Source of the DNA: Amoeboaphelidium protococcarum X5
Taxonomy: Eukaryota; Fungi; Aphelidiomycota
DNA: 64,000 nucleotides
Direction: 5' to 3'
Assembly (NCBI GenBank): GCA_023515725.1
Contig: JALDTO010000155.1
Span: 345,147-409,146, forward strand
Positions 40,817-54,087 of the stretch are shown here, piece by piece. Both the position numbers and the translations under genes were made by a program. The notes beneath the pieces were generated by a model. The model saw nothing but the letters and a program-made list of their open reading frames with translations. It did not search any database and had not been told where the DNA came from. Within the stretch, counting starts at the first letter, position 1; every line of letters begins with the position of its first letter.

Positions 40817-41309
40817 ATGAATAATCAATCTCCCGGTTTCAGCGACGACCCTCACGATCCTCCTAAGTAATCTAGCCTTCGTGTCAAGATTTTCTACTCA
40901 TTGATATTACTGAAGAGAGAATCTGCGGGAAATTGCGAAATCGCTGGATGTCGAGTATTTGTTTGCTGCCTCATTTCCTAGGCGATTTCCTGCAATTGGC
41001 AATATCTTAGGCGGTAATCATCGCCGAAGTCATTAGGAAGCACCAGCCGTGAATATCGTGTTTCTTGTGAATACTGGTTCTCCCGTGTCGTATTTGTCTA
41101 AGCGCGCCATGAAGGCATTGATAGGACACGGTGGAAACGTGCCGCAGATGCTATACGTCTAGGTTCACAATGAGCGCGCTATTGAATTTCATTTATCACC
41201 ACCTGGCTCTCATTTTCAGGATGTAAACGTATTGGGGATGGACTTTTTAATCAAGAATCGTTTGTCACTTGTCATGGATTATGATGCTGAAACGTTCACT
41301 CTTCAATGA
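40817..41309 (+). pseudogene. Decayed retropepsin-like (clan AA) aspartic protease gene
   Basis: NIVFLVNTGSPVSYLS (D to N) and NVLGMDFL; upstream blocks DDPHDP, PSCQDFLLIDITEE and NLREIA lie in three different frames; TGA at 40911 closes the main frame. Confidence 0.65.
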
Positions 41310-41498
41310 GAATTGCATGTAATATTGCACATACTTACCAAATTATATTCATTGTTCCTCATAATACCTTTCCCCGATGTGTTTTGATAGTAATAAGATA
41401 TTTTGGTTTTGTTGTGATCTTCACAATCTTTCGTTTCTTCTTTTCTTCTTCTCCGAACGAACGAGCGACCAGACCGACCGACCGTGACTGAACACGCG

Positions 41499-44081
41499 AT
41501 GAGTAATAACGGGCAGGATGCATTTGGTGGACTGACAGATGATGAGCTGACATAATTGCTGCTTGGTGGTGGCTCTCAATAGTCTTAATTGCCGTTCTAA
41601 TAGTAGTAACCATAGCCAAGGTTATAGCAGCAATCTTCTGGACAATAGTAAAAGATGAATAATACTCTTTAATAGGCATAGCTTGCCTAGTCCATGACGG
41701 GCCAAAATCAATTGCTGAGGAATATGAATAGTTAGAATTAGTAGTTGAGTCAACTTGGCTTGGGGCTGAATAAGTCTTCCGGTCTTAGCGACTTGCAGTA
41801 GTAGCTTCTGCTGAGTAATTTGTTGCAGCAGTAATAGCAGCAAGTTGATTCTGGCGTTCTCCATGCTGGATCGTTCTAGTAGCAGTAGTAGTAATAATAG
41901 CCATTGTCTTAGTAGTAGTTGTAGTGGTAATAAATCTTACTTAAATAGTAATAGCAGCAAAAGTAATAAGCTCTGTAGTAACAGCTTAAGCAGTAGCACC
42001 AGCTGCTTTAGCAATTGCTATAGAAAAATTAGTAGATGTTGCAGCAGAATCCGCAATCTGGATCTTAAAAGTATTAGTAGTAGAAGTAGAAATAGTTACC
42101 TCAGCAGTAACAGCCTTAATAGAAACAAGCATAACAATATCAACTGCTGTAGTAATAGCAGTAACAATTCTAGCAGTAGCAGTAGCAGTAATAAAAGTAA
42201 TAGCAACCTGTGGCTAAACCGACTCAGAGTTCTAGAAATGCTGCATTGAACCGTGCACTTGAGCCCTTTACTGATGAGGAGAAGAGGAAGATTGTCGCTG
42301 CTCTATCTAAATTAATGGCTCATGAAATTAGTAAAGAGTAGTTTTTAGCGCATGTTTAGGAAGCTGTCGGCGTACAGGGACTGCAGTAATTTATTGCTTT
42401 ATACAGGCAGGAAGGCTCTCGCCAGTCATCATCTTCATCGACGCTTTCCAACGGTAGTAATACTTCTGATCCTTAATTGGCTTAGTAGTAGAGGTAGCAG
42501 GCGTAGTCGTAATAATCGCTTTAGAAACCATAATAATCTATGTAACAATAGTAGCAGAATTCACGACTTAGTTTGAATGCTCTGCAATAGTTGCAGCAGT
42601 AATAGTCTGGATAGTCGCAATAGTAACTGCTTTAGTAGATGTACGCGTAAATGCCGCAGATCAGTTAGTCTTAATAGTTGTAGTAATAGCCGCAGTAGCA
42701 ATAGTAGTCGTAGGCACATTTATTGTAGAAGTAGTTGTAGTATTTTCAGAATAATCCTGTTTAACAGAGGACTTTACAATCGAGTAGACAATCTGCTGCC
42801 AATGCTAATCAAGATCTTAAACGAAAGACAGTTGATAGTCAAAGTGAGTAGTAGGCCTCTTAGCAGTCTTCGTCATCTTCTTCTGTTGCGGATCAGGATG
42901 AGTAGCCCACTGGTAAACGACCGGCAGCTAAGAAGACCAAGACTATATTAATCGCGCCTGTGCCTGCCGAGCCTGACGCGTTTACTACTGGCGTTGACAT
43001 TTTTAAACTTGATGCTGGCTCCTTGTAAGATGTGATAAAATACGCCGGCGTTGATTTAAAAGAAGAATCAGCTCTGCTTATGAAAGATTTAGACGCTTAG
43101 AAGACGGCTGCTGCTGGTAGACGTAGTGGCCGCACATCATTAACTCAGTCACCTACTTTGAAGAAGTCCAAGTCTTAACAGGCGCTCCAGCAGTCGAGTT
43201 CATATAGATCAGTATCATTGGAGTTGATTCTGAAGAAGGCCGTCGCAATGCTCGGTCTGAGTAAGTTGGATATTGATTGTCAGGGTACTCTTGTCCTTGG
43301 GTTGGAGATTTATATGTAATAATTGATAGCAGCGACAATTAAAGCATCTTTCGCAAGAGTAGAGGCTGGTAGAGATGCTTTTCAACTTGAGCTGGTGGAT
43401 GGGCAGGATGCATTCTCAGATCTTCCGGCTAAATATCATAACACCAGGTCGCGTATTGGAGCTGTTAAACGACCTCTGGTGTGGTTGGAAAAGCATTATA
43501 GAGCCATAGATATTTAATTAACCAAAACACTGGGTGGTAGTGTCAGTTCAGAGGGATATGATGCATGGATACAATCTGGCGGTGAAGATTAAATGCAGCT
43601 TGACACATCTAGAACACTCACTGGCAGCCTTGAAGAGATCGATTCTGGTTCCCAGGATGCTATGGACATAGATGATCAGTAGTCATAGTAATTAGAATAA
43701 CCGCATAGTGATTAAGTTAAAAGCAAGTCTAGGCCCGTATAGTCCAAGAAGAAGGAAGCTCCTCGTGAAGATGTTAAAGTCCGTGCTAAAATGACTAATG
43801 TTGCATTAGAAGCTGCCGGTCTAGGATCAAAATATTCGTGGATGACATCCTCCGCCGTGAATATTGCTCCAGCTACAATTTCTGGTGGAAATAGCGATGC
43901 CTCTAGCGGTTAGACTAATTTGGCGGCTCCAAAGAAGGATCTGGCCGGATTCGGTCTCCCCCGTCCATTGATCCGGTAGAAGACGTTGAAAGGACGTAAA
44001 GTGGAGATTGTGGATTTGGAATACGCTGGCAAAATTACTGGCTTAGTCCCTTAAAGGCTGCATTATCTTTTCGAAGGATGA
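41499..44081 (+). CDS. TAF4: TFIID subunit TAF4 with a long poly-Q N-terminal region, ~860 aa
   Basis: LQDVIKYAGVDLKEES, RAKMTNVALEAAGLGSKYSWM, KVEIVDL; RST/TAFH-like helix KLMAHEISKEQFLAHVQEAVG; TAR-rich Q tracts. Confidence 0.8.
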
Positions 44082-44101
44082 TCATGAACTTTCACGGTAT
44101 A

Positions 44102-44126
44102 ATATATATATATATATATATATATA
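44102..44126. repeat. (AT)n microsatellite, about 12 units
   Basis: Read directly, between TAF4 and NDUFAF2. Confidence 0.9.
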
Positions 44127-44193
44127 ACATTATATAGCATAATATCGAGTGTGATTGTATTTTCTACTTTCTCTTCCAACAGAACTTTAAACA

Positions 44194-44827
44194 ATGTCAT
44201 CAGTATTCAACCGTCTGAGATCCGCACTTAGCGGCAGAACGTTCGTTGGGAAAGACTTGAATGGAAACAAGTTTTATGAGACTATTGAAGCTTAAGGAAG
44301 TATGTTCATAAATCTGTTAGGTGTTTTGATATTGATTAAACATTGTGTAGAATCTCCTAGAAGAATGGTAGTGATTAAAGGTCATTATGGCGATTCTAGC
44401 TCAATGTCACCGCAAACTTATATATCAGACAGCATTGCGCGTAATTTTCATATTGTATCCATATTATAGATGTATTTATAATTAAATGAATTGGTAGCAC
44501 AATGGAAAGCTTGGTTGGCTCATACTAGAAGTGACGCGCCTACTCTGGAGGTGTGATTAATCAAATTTTTAATGGGCGAATCTGAATAGCTAATTCAATT
44601 TACTGTAGGAATTAGCGGCTGACATTTAGCGATAAGAAGTTCTCAAGCATCGAGTGGAATAGCTTGAAGCGTAATATAAATAAGTAGGCTGTTTTGCTTC
44701 GATTAGTGATTATTTATATCGCATCGCTGTGTAGGAGAAGCTTCAGGAGTAAGAATCAAAAGGCGAATAACTACATCCCATGGATGATCGATCACTAAAG
44801 GATTAAAATAATTGTCGAAACAATTGA
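44194..44827 (+). CDS. NDUFAF2: Complex I assembly factor NDUFAF2/NDUFA12 family, 4 introns
   Basis: VGKDLNGNKFYE, PRRMV, QWKAWLAHTRSDAPTLEEL; last exon less certain. Confidence 0.8.
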
Positions 44828-47490
44828 ATGTATTTACCTCATTAATTTCATTCTTGTTTCTAGTTCAACTCACCTAAAGTTTTAGACCCAAATGCCTCGT
44901 TTTGGGCAATGATTGTTAGAGCTCACTGTAGCTGACGTAATCACGATGAGTTTAGTGAAATGCGAAAGCACCTCATCGTAGCCTCTTCTCCAGCAGATAG
45001 TTTTGAAATTGACATTGACAGCTTGAAATATTGAAATATTAATAATATCATTTTATCGTGGAAGCAATTGTTTTCCATTGAGAGAGTTGGCTTCTTAGGT
45101 TAGTTATCCTTCAAGTGTCCTCACTAGTCAGTTGCCTAGTGAACCTTTAACTAACAATCACATGACTTTTCACGTATTAAATTTAAATTAATTAACTCAA
45201 TAACCCGTTCAACTCCTAGTCACTCTCGGCAATAATGGTATCAGTATCGTCTTCAGTACGCCGGACCCCCAACTGCGCAAGCACATGATAAATTTGACCA
45301 TGTTGTCAGACAGTGCGTTCGCTATTTGGTAATTAGACTGTAACTTGAAGAAATAGTCGATTCAGACGATGAGATAAAGGAGGCGTAACAACTACGTGAT
45401 CTTATTATTGAAGCGGCTGAAGAATGTTGAGGCAGCCGAGCCAGCGCAGCTAAGTTTGCCCAACACTACTGATAACGGCCTGTTGCCCCACAACGGCGTA
45501 GCATCGACATTCTACTCCAACTAGTATCTTGCCAGGGCATCACAGATACCAGCGTTAGCTGCATTCATGTAATCGTCTTCCAGATGATACTGGCGGAGTG
45601 CTTGTTTCCTACTACTTCTTTACAGAGTCCCTCTTGTTGCTGACTCGTCTCTTGCGTTTAGCAGCGTAATCAGCATTTGCGGACAAGGCACGGTTATCAC
45701 AGTGTGGTTCATCAGCAGCATCTTCCGCATCGGTAGATACAGACCCTTCGTAGTATTCCCCCTCTGCAAACATATCACAATCTAAGCTCTAAGACTCCAA
45801 TCAGAGTTAATGATATCCATTTTACTGCTGAGAGTAACCGTTTTAGAAGGTTGAAACGGCGTGAAACGCAAGCGAGATGCGCGTTCTGTTAGTTGGAGTT
45901 GGCTGAGCTGGTTTGAGTCAATGTTTCTGACTGGCACATAATTCCTCAACCAAAATTTTTCTTTAAAATATTATATAGAATATAGATAAAGAATGTTATT
46001 TATGCCATTAAATTCAGCGTGAAAAATTCGTAAATTGAATAGGGTGAAAAACACCTTATCCACGCATCCGATCAGAGCCGGCAGTTCCGCGCGCGCGCAC
46101 TCGTAGTGCTAACTCGCTGCCACCGGCACTAACCCATATTTGAATGACATCAGCCAAACTATAAAGTGGAAAATTATATACTACATTGCGTTACGCGTCA
46201 CTGGATAATGACTGGGTTCTATTGGAGTAAAGCTTTACACAAAGAGCAATTTATAGCATCTTTTTGCTTTAGTCAAATACTTAAATTTGATTCCCTTAAA
46301 GTGCTACACGGAGCCCGGTTTATATTTCATTTGTTCCAGCTTTCTAATCACTAATTCGGTAGCCATCCGTTCCTTCAAACTGTTTAATAGCAAAATCCAC
46401 GGAGATTTTGCAGTCTTTAATCGTGTCTTTCACAAAGCACACGTTGCCACTTCCGACCGGTTGAATTTCAACACCTTCTTCCTACGTAGCTTGTCAGGGT
46501 TCTATCTAATGAGAGGTGAAATGACGGCCGAGTAAGTTTAACTGCTTCAAAGCACTCACAGTCTGCAAACTTATAACTAGCCAGATCTTAGCAGCATATG
46601 ACGCATACCTTCGTGGGTGGAGCGAGAACGACCCTTTTCAATTGATTCACAAAATTACGCTAAGCATTAGACGCGCAAATATTAGGTGGTAGCAGGGACA
46701 AAACTGAACCCTGATTGAGAAAGCGGTGATATTTCCTTCACACTACTCTAACAGCTAGACATTTGACTTTTTGAAAAACCTGAGGCTAATATCAGCTCCT
46801 TTGCCCATATTGAGCTGCTTAATCACGTGAAACACCAATCGATTCCTCATAAGTAATTATTGTAAGCAATTAGTAATACTGTAACCGCCAGGAAAATTGA
46901 CTCAAGACATGCGCCATAACACCACTTTGTGATTTTGTTATACGAGCCTATTAGCATCAGTAATACACCGCTCTCTCTCTATCATCTTCGGCTCAGTTGG
47001 GTGAAGGTGAACAGTTTGCAAGCTACTAGCAAGCCAGCACAAGAATAGTTACCAAGTTACCAATTTCCTGACTAGTTCATTTACGCGGCATCTCTTCATT
47101 GGCGTCTATACGGGTAAGAGCTTTTTGCACAGCAGTGAACGCGTTAGTGTTCATCGCTAGACCAGACTATACTTCTAAGTAGCAGTAACAACCAGTGGCG
47201 CACTTTAAACTAAAAAGTATTGTTCTTATGCGTTGACTGATCTCATTAACTTTTACACGATTACTTTGTAAAACATCGGTTTGTTAATAGCAACGAAGAT
47301 GCGACGCGCGAAAGACGTTTCGGTTGAACGCGAAACACATGCTGAATTTGGAATCGAAGTATCTACAAAATAAAGTTGCTGTTTCAACTTTACGCGTTGA
47401 TTTTTTCCATCTTGCATATTCAGTTTAGTAGAACACATACACTACTCTATTCCAATTCTATCTAAATCATACTGTAGAACATCCGTCGTA

Positions 47491-48555
47491 ATGTTTGCAA
47501 GAAAAATTAAAGTCAATGCTGCTGGCAGTGTAATGGCCCCACCCACCGCTGTTGACCAAGCAGAGAAGTATCGCATTGAATTGAGAAAGCAGATTGACTC
47601 CTAGAAGTTGAAGATTGCCTCAAGAAGTGGTAGTCGCAAGAGAGCTCTGTTCATAGGTATAAACTATCCTGGCACACTGTACGAACTAAGAGGTATGCTT
47701 CGTCATACAAACTCATAACCGCAATAAAACTAATTCTAATAATGTCTTGTAGGTTGCATTCCAGATGCCTACAATCTGGTGGAATTCATAGTTCCCACGT
47801 ACGGTTTCTACGACATTAAAATGATGACGGACGAGCCGAAGAACGCGGGAACTTCAAACTATCCGTCTCGTTAGAACTTGATCAATGCAATGAAATGGCT
47901 TGTTGATGGAGCACAGCCAGGCGATAGTCTATTCCTCAGCTACTCTGGTCATGGTGGGTACAAGTAGGATCTGAATGGAGATGAAGTAGAGGGATTCGAC
48001 GAGACCATTTACCCGGCTGATCATCTAACACAAGGCCCCATCGTTGACGATGATATTCATCAGCTGCTGGTATCTCCTCTTGCAAAAGGTGTCAAACTCA
48101 CCGTTCTCTTTGACAGTTGCCATTCAGGTACTGTCATGGACTTAAATTTCATGTACGATTACCAGGGAAATTCTCTCGTACAACCTGTGCCATAAATCTC
48201 TATTTTTGATAGACTGTTCAAAAATGTTGGCAAGATGGTTGCGCAGCAGAGCGACGGTAAAATAGAGTCCACAGCTCTCAAGAGACAGTTTCCTCCATAA
48301 AATTACACTGGCGCTGATGTGATTTGCTTCAGTTCCTGTAAAGATGATGAGCTGTGTATAGATTAGTGTACCTCTGAGGGGTGTTTTGGCGTTATGACCA
48401 ACTATTTCCTCTAGGTGTTACGTGCAAATCCTAGAATATCATACTACCAGCTGCTGAACGAGATACGTTAAAAACTGCTGGACAACTAGTACACGTAAAC
48501 ACCATGCTTGTCGTCAGGGCGTGATATGGACATGTCACTTCCATTCAATATTTGA
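47491..48555 (+). CDS. MCA1: Type I metacaspase; intron 47693-47752
   Basis: [26 protein letters not shown]-like block, FDSCHSGT catalytic dyad; missed by the ORF track. Confidence 0.93.
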
Positions 48556-48671
48556 CTCTATTGTTCTTAAAAATTTGTGTATAAAGATCATGTTATCTAA
48601 TGGACGTTAAGGTGTTACATCATGAGACAAATATAACTTTCATTGAGATTACTTTTGACTTTCACGCGTCA

Positions 48672-50971
48672 TCATTTCAGTGGCAATCTCTACTCTTCTC
48701 TTAAACTCAGTTCTCTCAGCCAGTTCATCCCATTTCTTCTACTTCATCTGCCTCAGATGTTTTGGCTTGATTCGCCAAGTCTGACGCCTTTACAGCAGTG
48801 GCAGCTGTGCTTGTGAGCACTAGTTCTTAAACATTCTGTACGCAGCGTTCACGTTGTTGCCCACCACGGTCTGTTCTAATCCACCCAAAGATACATCTTA
48901 CGCGTCATCACGCATTCGTCGCATAGATTTCCTACCAGCGAAACGCTAGAATTATTTAATTAATAACTGCATGATATATGGTGATGATGGTTCTCTCAAT
49001 AGCTGATCGTTGCAAAATGATCTTAATAAAATTATAGAAAGGAAAACAGTGCGAAGATATCAAAAGCGGTAAAGTTTAACAGTAAAAATCACGTATCATT
49101 CTAAAAGACATCAACTCTACTACGCGTTAATCTATAATTCTAATGATGGACTTGTCTACAACTGCACTTTATTCTTATGAATGACCACTGACCAATTTTA
49201 CGGCCACAATTGATATTATTGCACTGTAAATTCCCTTCCATCGCGCCATTGTCTGTATTACAATTTGACTATCGGAGTCCCCATTCATCATTCATATAGA
49301 GCTCAGTGCAACCTGGATTATCTCGAGATAAATCTTCTTCATTAGCAATTAGTGATCTACATGACGCACATCGGATTATCATGATATTAGCAGAATCGCG
49401 CGGCGATACTTAGAGCTGAACTACGACTAAGCGAGCAATACAGGCGAAAATTTGAAATCTTAAAGCAGATGATCAAAACACAAGCGGGGAGAGAAAATAG
49501 GATCCATAAACTTGTATTATTCATTCAGTGAACATTTCGCGAGCTTATTACTTTACAAGAATGTTAATTTCAGGACATTCTAGCAGTATATCAAGATCAG
49601 AGATGACACCCTTCTATAAACACAAGTGCATGGCAGATTTGATCCGTTATCGCAAAGTTCTCATGAAGGGCTTCTGATTCCCAATGATCCACGCCTGGGA
49701 CATCTAATCCAAAAACTCCACTATCCACGCGGATATGTGTGAATACTTCTCTACAGATCTCATCATGTACAGAACAGGTGGTTCAATGTTCATAATGCTA
49801 TCAGCTTCTGGATTAAAACACACCCAGTCCAAATTAAGTGCCATCTTAACATGCCTAGACACCAGCTTGGATTTCGTGTATTAAAGCAACTTGCCAATGA
49901 CGGCGAATCGCGGTATAACAGGAGATTGTAACAGAGCATTAGATGGATGAAAGCAGCATATAATGTACCGGATCAAGTCTATAATCAAACCATCACTGGG
50001 CATCTGGGAGAAGAATTTATCATTCAACCACTCAAAGTACACGTCATCATGAATGCCAACGATTACCTTTTCCATGATGAAGCGAATATGAGATTCAAGC
50101 TGATAAGATACGCATCCACTGAGGATATTCACCGAGCATGGAGTGTTTAATAAATCTTCAATACCAAAGTATCCTTAAGCTTTAAAAGTACCCTCTACAA
50201 TCTATTGATAAACTTCCTGTATGGATGGAATGGTAGACAACTCCCACAGTGCCCGCACCAAATCACGACCGGACATCTTGCATGATGAAAAGTTCTATCG
50301 CAACTGACCAGCACAATATTCAACTAATAGATTCCTTTGGACCAGATCATCCTATAAATATGGAATCTAACGTAGAAATGTATATACAGCCTACGCGGCA
50401 ATTGCAGGATTAGATTGCACCATGCTAGGATGATCACGTAGAATGGATAATATAAATGCGATCAACTCATTCGCATTTGATCTTAGAGTTGTCCCGTTGA
50501 CATTCTTTAACAAATTCAGTAAAAGACTATTGACATTCTACGCCTTCTTTTCCACCAGAAATCTCACTAGGATTTGCAATAGTTCACGAGAATTTTACAA
50601 CAACTTCCAATACAATGGACCAGTGAACGAGCTGAGTTATTTCACCAAATGTTCATAATTGTCTTTGACACACAACTGAATCACTTGCATGTACTAATCC
50701 TCCAACTAGGCATCAGTTAGCATTCCATACAGAATACCATTCATGACTTCAGAGTGTCTGGACGCGTCTTGCACCACATTCGAGAGTAATTACTGAATCT
50801 GCATGGCACTCTATCCATTCACTAAGGCATTCAATTTCTGATAATCACGCTCCAACTCCTACAAAATATTACGTCTAAGCTATTTGATATATTTATCTCA
50901 CATCTTACCTGATCTAAAGCATTCCGCTCTTGAAATTAATCATACGCTAATATTTAACTTGCAAACACCAT
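48672..50971 (-). CDS. INTS3: Integrator complex subunit 3 / SOSS-A; intron 50859-50908
   Basis: HSEVMNGILYGML, GRDLVRAL, DLIRYIICCFHPSNALL.S..IPRFAVIG, DSIMNIEP. Confidence 0.85.
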
Positions 50972-51102
50972 TTTATAAAGAATTTGTAAATCACTGATTG
51001 TGCCCAAAGTAGAAGGGAACGAGCGCGTTTCAAAACGGAAACGGAAATTGAATTCAGATCAGTCGAAATTCAAAGAGAATCCTTCAGTAATATGCCATAA
51101 AA

Positions 51103-52347
51103 ATGATTGAAGAAATTTGGTTCACGGAATTCCATCTGGTATAAGGTAAGTATGAGCATCTTGTTATATACTGTACTAGATAAACATTATCGTAAAATTT
51201 AATTGTAGGACCTCAGATTGCATTGAGCACGGAAGGTCGACTGACGCTGGATGGTAGACGAGCAGCTGTATTCGACTTGGTGTCTGATTAGTTGATACCG
51301 AAGCACGAGTTGACAAGGCGCGATTGTGTGGCTAGAACTTAGGAGTATACTATCGTGGGATATCCTATGCTCATTCAAGATTCCAAGTATGAACGCAATT
51401 CCATGTTATTCAATCTGTGTCTCGTGCTGGATGGTGAAGATCAATCCAAGTGGCTCTTTAGGTTGGAAGCATACATATTTGCGGCACGTCGCATTGCCCA
51501 CTATCTTGAATATTTGGAACAGAATTCTGGGTTTATATTTAATTTAACATCAGAAATTCAGTAAAAACAGCTACAGCAATTTATGTATTACGTACGGTAA
51601 CAACTCAATGAAGGTGGCGAGTTGATTTGTCAATTGGATGATTCTATACCGTTAACTATTTAAATCCCATCCTACATGCTAAATAGTAGTGTTGATGAAG
51701 ATGTAACATTGGTAACAGATCGCAAAATTTATTTACATCAAGTTCCTGTTTTGATGGAAATTATAAATCATGAAGACGATGATGGCAGTGGATTGGATTC
51801 ATAGCCATAACATTTGGTAATGGATGAGTTTGTTGATCTGACTGTTCAACGCGTTCTCCCTCTCATAGATGGAGTTTTAAGTATTTCACAGATTGCAAAG
51901 AAGTGTGGCATTCAAGTAGAACTTGTGGAGTTGTGTATAAAGCATTTTATATCGATGGGTCTTGTTAAAATGATTGAATCGTGTGGTGTAGGCAAAACAA
52001 CATTGTATCTGGTCTCAAAGTCGGTCCTGTAAGATTAGAATGTATTGTCTGATTGTTTGAAATTCAGCTTACCAGAGCATTCCGTGGATGAAAATGATAA
52101 TACGACGCGCAATACTAAAATGACCATAGAAGATGTCTCTGCTATATTCAGATCGTTCTCTGGTGGTAAGAGCATTGAGGCTGTGTCTAAAGAACACCAC
52201 GAGCTTGTCAAGCATCTAGACATGAGAAGATTGTTATCATTTGCACAGTTAAATGGAATTCTCGCTGCTGTCCATAGGGATGACAAGTCTAATGCTAACG
52301 TGAAAGTTACAGGCACTTCCTCAAGGTAATATCCTCCTTCCTTCTGA
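51103..52347 (+). CDS. NPR2: GATOR1/SEACIT subunit Npr2/NPRL2; intron 51146-51208
   Basis: FTEFHLVQGPQI, LIPKHEL, VGYPMLIQDSKYERNSMLFNLCLV, DLTVQRVLPLIDGV. Confidence 0.9.
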
Positions 52348-52518
52348 ACTTTGACTCACTGTTTATAAAAACTAGGTGCGTTTATTGTTTCTTATTACTT
52401 TTATACAAAGCCTGAGAGTTTAATCCCTTTTACGGGGCGAGACAGTTCTGTCCTGTTTTGTTTCCAGTTGAATAAAGCTCACTCAAAAGTATAAACTTCT
52501 TTGATTTTATTTGAGATA

Positions 52519-53955
52519 ATGGAAGATCCAGCAGTGACTCGCTTTAGAGAATATTTGAGGATTCGAACTGTTTAGCCATAACCAGACTATTCCGCATGTG
52601 CTGAATTTCTACGAAAGGTATTCGCTTAATATATTCAACTTGCTTCTATTAAACTTTGGTATTGTAGTAAGCGGAGGATATGTCGCTTCCTTGTACAGTA
52701 TTGGAGGTAGGGATTACAAGGAGTTAGGTAAAGGCTATGAGCAATTCAGACTGTGTGTAGTGCGTTAAGGGAAAACCTATTGTTGTCATTACTGTCCAGG
52801 GGAGAGACACGTCTCTGAAGTCGCTAATTTTAAATTCTCACACTGATGTTGTTCCCGTGTTTGAGGTATCGTATCTCTAACTCTTTAACCTATTTATTAT
52901 CACACCGCTGATGCTTTATCAGCATTTGCGAAATACAATTGTAGGATAAATGGACATATCCGCCATTTGACGCGCATAAAACCAAAGATGGTAACATTTA
53001 TGCCAGAGGTTCGCAGGATATGAAATGTGTCGGCATGAGCTATCTGGAGGCTATAAGGCTTATACGCGCTGATGATACGCTGTGGAAACCTCTAAGAACT
53101 GTGCATATAGTTTTTGTACCTGATGAAGAGATTGGCGGCGGCGATGGCATGAAACTGTTCATTCAATCAGATCTATTCAAATAACTAAAAGTTGCCTTTG
53201 CACTTGACGAGGGGCTGGCGTGTGACAACTTAAATACTTTCAAGTTGTACTATGGCGAACGAGCTCCGTGGTGGATAAGAATATATGCCACAGGATCAGT
53301 TGGTCATGGCTCTCAATTCATCAGAAATACAGCGGCAGAGAAGGTGCACAAATTCATTGGTAAAGTTATGGCCTTCCGCGATGCTGAATAGATGAGATTA
53401 AGGGTTGGCCGTAAAGTTGACGATACAGGTCGGGAATAAAGACTGACGTTGGGAGATGTGACCACTGTAAATGTGACTCTCATGAATGGAGGCGTTTAGT
53501 ATAATGTCGTCCCAGAGAGGTTTGAAATCGGCCTTGATATGCGCGTATCCCCATCTCATAATCTTGGTCGTTTGAAGTAGCAGCTTTAGGATTGGTGCGA
53601 AGAATGTGACTGTCACATGGAGTACGTTCAAGAGTTCTGGTCCAATTGCATAACTCCTTTGAATAAAGACAATGTCTGGTGGAATTGCATACGCGATCTA
53701 AGTGCTGCAGCTGGAATCACTCTGGAATGTGAGATATTTCCAGCTGCCACTGATTCTCGGTTCTTGAGGTAGGCTGGTATACCTGCGATTGGAATATCCC
53801 CGATCCATAATACTCCAGTGTTACTTCATGATCACAATGAATATCTGAATGAGAGGGTGTATTTAGATGGAATCAAGTGGTATCAGAAGGTGATTTAGTC
53901 TCTGTGTGAAGTCACTGCTGACTAAGAGAAACTTTGCGGCAAGCTTGTAGTATGA
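52519..53955 (+). CDS. ACY1: Aminoacylase-1 (M20A); introns 52618-52667, 52707-52760, 52866-52944
   Basis: FREYLRIRTVQP.PDY, LNSHTDVVPV, YARGSQDMKC, FVPDEEIGG, ALDEG, FPAATDSRF, TPVLLHDHNE. Confidence 0.95.
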
Positions 53956-54087
53956 ATATTAATGAATTGGGTTATGTTCGTATAAAACTGTCGTCAGTAC
54001 TTCACATTCATTTAAGTTTATAGTTTACATAGGAAGAGAATTAAAGTAAATCTTAATTCATGTATTTACAGTATATATAATACAGTG

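Noticed and set aside
40817-41309. LTR retrotransposon
   Set aside because: No gag, RT, integrase, LTR or PBS seen; protease-like remnant only
41359-42951. Ser/Asn/Cys-rich track ORFs
   Set aside because: Shadows of the TAF4 poly-Q region
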